26,006 nucleotides of DNA, taken from a virus (Duplodnaviria > Caudoviricetes). The stretch covers positions 1-26,006 of IMG/VR virus record IMGVR_UViG_3300042363_001649; one strand, given 5' to 3'. Shown piece by piece: positions 24,439 to 26,006 of this stretch; position 1 is the stretch's first letter, and each line of letters begins with the position of its first letter. Under the pieces are notes generated by a model. That model searched no databases, was not told the DNA's origin, and saw nothing but the letters and a program-made list of their open reading frames with translations. The position numbers and the translations under genes are program-made.

Positions 24439-25914
24439 CTAAAAATATACGTTCTGAGCTGCTGGCGAGAACGCGGTACCTAATCCCTGAACAATAACAA
24501 CGTGGTAGTAGAGGTTAGCACCGAAGATGTTATCAACGACACCATAACGTGTAAGCAAGCCTACGCGTGGTGCGAAGTCGTTCGGACCAATTGTTCTCTG
24601 TACCATGATAGGAATGTAAGGGCAGTAGATGATACCTGTATCGTAGAACTCTGAACCCTTGTAACCAAGGAGAGCGTACTCGATACCAGTTGTAGGTACT
24701 AGGCCAGAATAGTTCTGATTACCATAAACGCCGGTATTTTGTACTTCAGTACGAGTATCACGGTATACCGAGAATCTTCCACCAACGGAGCCTACCTTAG
24801 CAACACCAACTGGTTGTGTTGAAACGTCACCTTGTACAGGTACCCACTGGAATTCAGGGAGCATCTCAAGGATCGCGCAAACACGTGGTGTAGCAACGAT
24901 GAAGTTAGCAGCACCGCGTCTGTTACGAACTGCGATTCTGTTTGCTTCAATGATAAGCTTTTGATAGAAGTCTCTGTTTCTCTCAACGAGCCATCTGCCG
25001 TCTGCAGAAGCAGGGGACCAGAATGAGTAACCAGCACCTGGACCACCGTTAAGTGCGGACTGGATCATTCTTACGATCATTTCACGGTCGATTTCTGCTT
25101 GGATCTCATACGACATAGCGTTTGTGATCTCAGCATCGATATCGATACCGTTCATGTTCTTAAGGTCTTGCTCTAATTCAACGGACCAGCGAGCGCCAAG
25201 TCTGCGAGTACCAGCTTCAACAGCGGTCTTCTCAAACTTAACCTCTACTTGTGGGATGTTTCCGGTAATTTCAAACGCTGACAAGATTTGAGCAACGCCC
25301 TGATCTTGTTGTGCGAATGACCAGACACCAGTAGCACCCGAAAGTCTTTGTGAAGACGAACCAGTGAAACGTGTGTCGAGGAATTGGTAGCCAAGCTCTG
25401 TATTACCATTATAATTGGTACTACCTGCACCAATAGGATTACCTGGACCACCAACAGTTGCACCTGAGGTGTATGAGGTACCATCAACTCCCTGACCTAA
25501 GCCAGTTGAGTTGTACTGATAACGAAGAGCGAAAGCAAGACCAACCGGACCGGACATAGGCTGAACGCCTACGATCTCGTTGGAGATAAGCTCAGGAAAG
25601 GTACGACGGATCATCGGAATGAGGATCTTAGGAAGACGAGCGTCACCAGGAGCATAGTTGTCACCGGAGTTTACAACACCATTAACTGGGCTGTATTGAC
25701 CACCTGCGTTACCACCGAATGCGCTGCTTTGGCTGGACTCTTGAATGCACCATTGTTCTTGGTTCTCAAGAAGAATAGCGGTATTCAAGCGGCTGTTTTC
25801 GTCTTTGATTTCCTTAACCGAATCAGAAGAATAGTTAAGAACTGGAGCCCACTTTTCAAGTAGTGCTTCTGCTCTTGATCTATCTACAAATGATTGTGTC
25901 GGACGAATTTTCAT
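24439..25914 (-). CDS. gp23: T4 gp23-type major capsid protein
   Basis: LLEKWAPVL, TAILLENQE, LIPMIRRTFP.LI..EIVGVQPMSGPVGLAFALR, WSVELEQDLK..NGID, EIQAEIDRE, YCPYIP and PRVGLLTRYG; ATG 25914 preferred over TTG 25935. Confidence 0.97.
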   Translation of the reverse strand: MKIRPTQSFVDRSRAEALLEKWAPVLNYSSDSVKEIKDENSRLNTAILLENQEQWCIQESSQSSAFGGNAGGQYSPVNGVVNSGDNYAPGDARLPKILIPMIRRTFPELISNEIVGVQPMSGPVGLAFALRYQYNSTGLGQGVDGTSYTSGATVGGPGNPIGAGSTNYNGNTELGYQFLDTRFTGSSSQRLSGATGVWSFAQQDQGVAQILSAFEITGNIPQVEVKFEKTAVEAGTRRLGARWSVELEQDLKNMNGIDIDAEITNAMSYEIQAEIDREMIVRMIQSALNGGPGAGYSFWSPASADGRWLVERNRDFYQKLIIEANRIAVRNRRGAANFIVATPRVCAILEMLPEFQWVPVQGDVSTQPVGVAKVGSVGGRFSVYRDTRTEVQNTGVYGNQNYSGLVPTTGIEYALLGYKGSEFYDTGIIYCPYIPIMVQRTIGPNDFAPRVGLLTRYGVVDNIFGANLYYHVVIVQGLGTAFSPAAQNVYF

Positions 25915-25977
25915 ATTGCTTTTATTTCCTTTCAAAAAAACTCAGGTCACTGAGACCTCATTGTTCAGGGTGAAAAT

Positions 25978-25985
25978 TATTTATA
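25978..25985 (-). promoter_or_regulatory. T4-type late promoter TATAAATA upstream of the capsid gene
   Basis: + strand TATTTATA at 25978-25985; followed on the - strand by a hairpin (AGGTC/GACCT, 25944-25958) and AAGGA before the ATG. Confidence 0.7.
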
Positions 25986-26006
25986 TCGTTGTAATTCTGA
26001 GATATA

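Noticed and set aside
24792-25487. Small ORFs within the capsid gene
   Set aside because: Alternate-frame overlaps of gp23
1-26006. tRNA/rRNA genes or stop-codon reassignment
   Set aside because: No cloverleaf with T-loop/D-loop consensus was noticed by eye; conserved genes are full-length in the standard code and the coding density is high

Overview
A 26-kb AT-rich fragment of a large T4-like (gp23-type capsid) myophage genome, read in the standard genetic code. From left to right: (1) 1-1880, a GC-richer array of tiny + strand ORFs, most of them missed by the ORF track, each preceded by a 17-nt motif GGAAC-N4-ATA(C/T)A(A/C)TA lying 4-7 nt before the ATG. (2) A highly structured non-coding boundary at 1890-2125. 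(3) A four-member 'MRYK...HPLFN' paralog family surrounding an LpxH-like metallophosphoesterase. (4) Nucleotide metabolism: ThyX, a purine phosphoribosyltransferase and a class Id-like NrdB/NrdA pair, followed by ClpP. (5) A baseplate spike split over two in-frame genes. (6) A 7-deazaguanine DNA-modification cluster: TGT/DpdA-like transglycosylase, PurN-like formyltransferase, P-loop nucleotide kinase and QueF, predicting formyl-preQ1-modified DNA, possibly made at the nucleotide level. (7) Two free-standing GIY-YIG endonucleases. (8) A tail/receptor-binding module with about 18 x 24-aa BspA/DUF285-like repeats. (9) The major capsid gene. Many genes appear to be expressed from leaderless or near-leaderless transcripts. 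All calls come from reading motifs by eye; no database searches were run.
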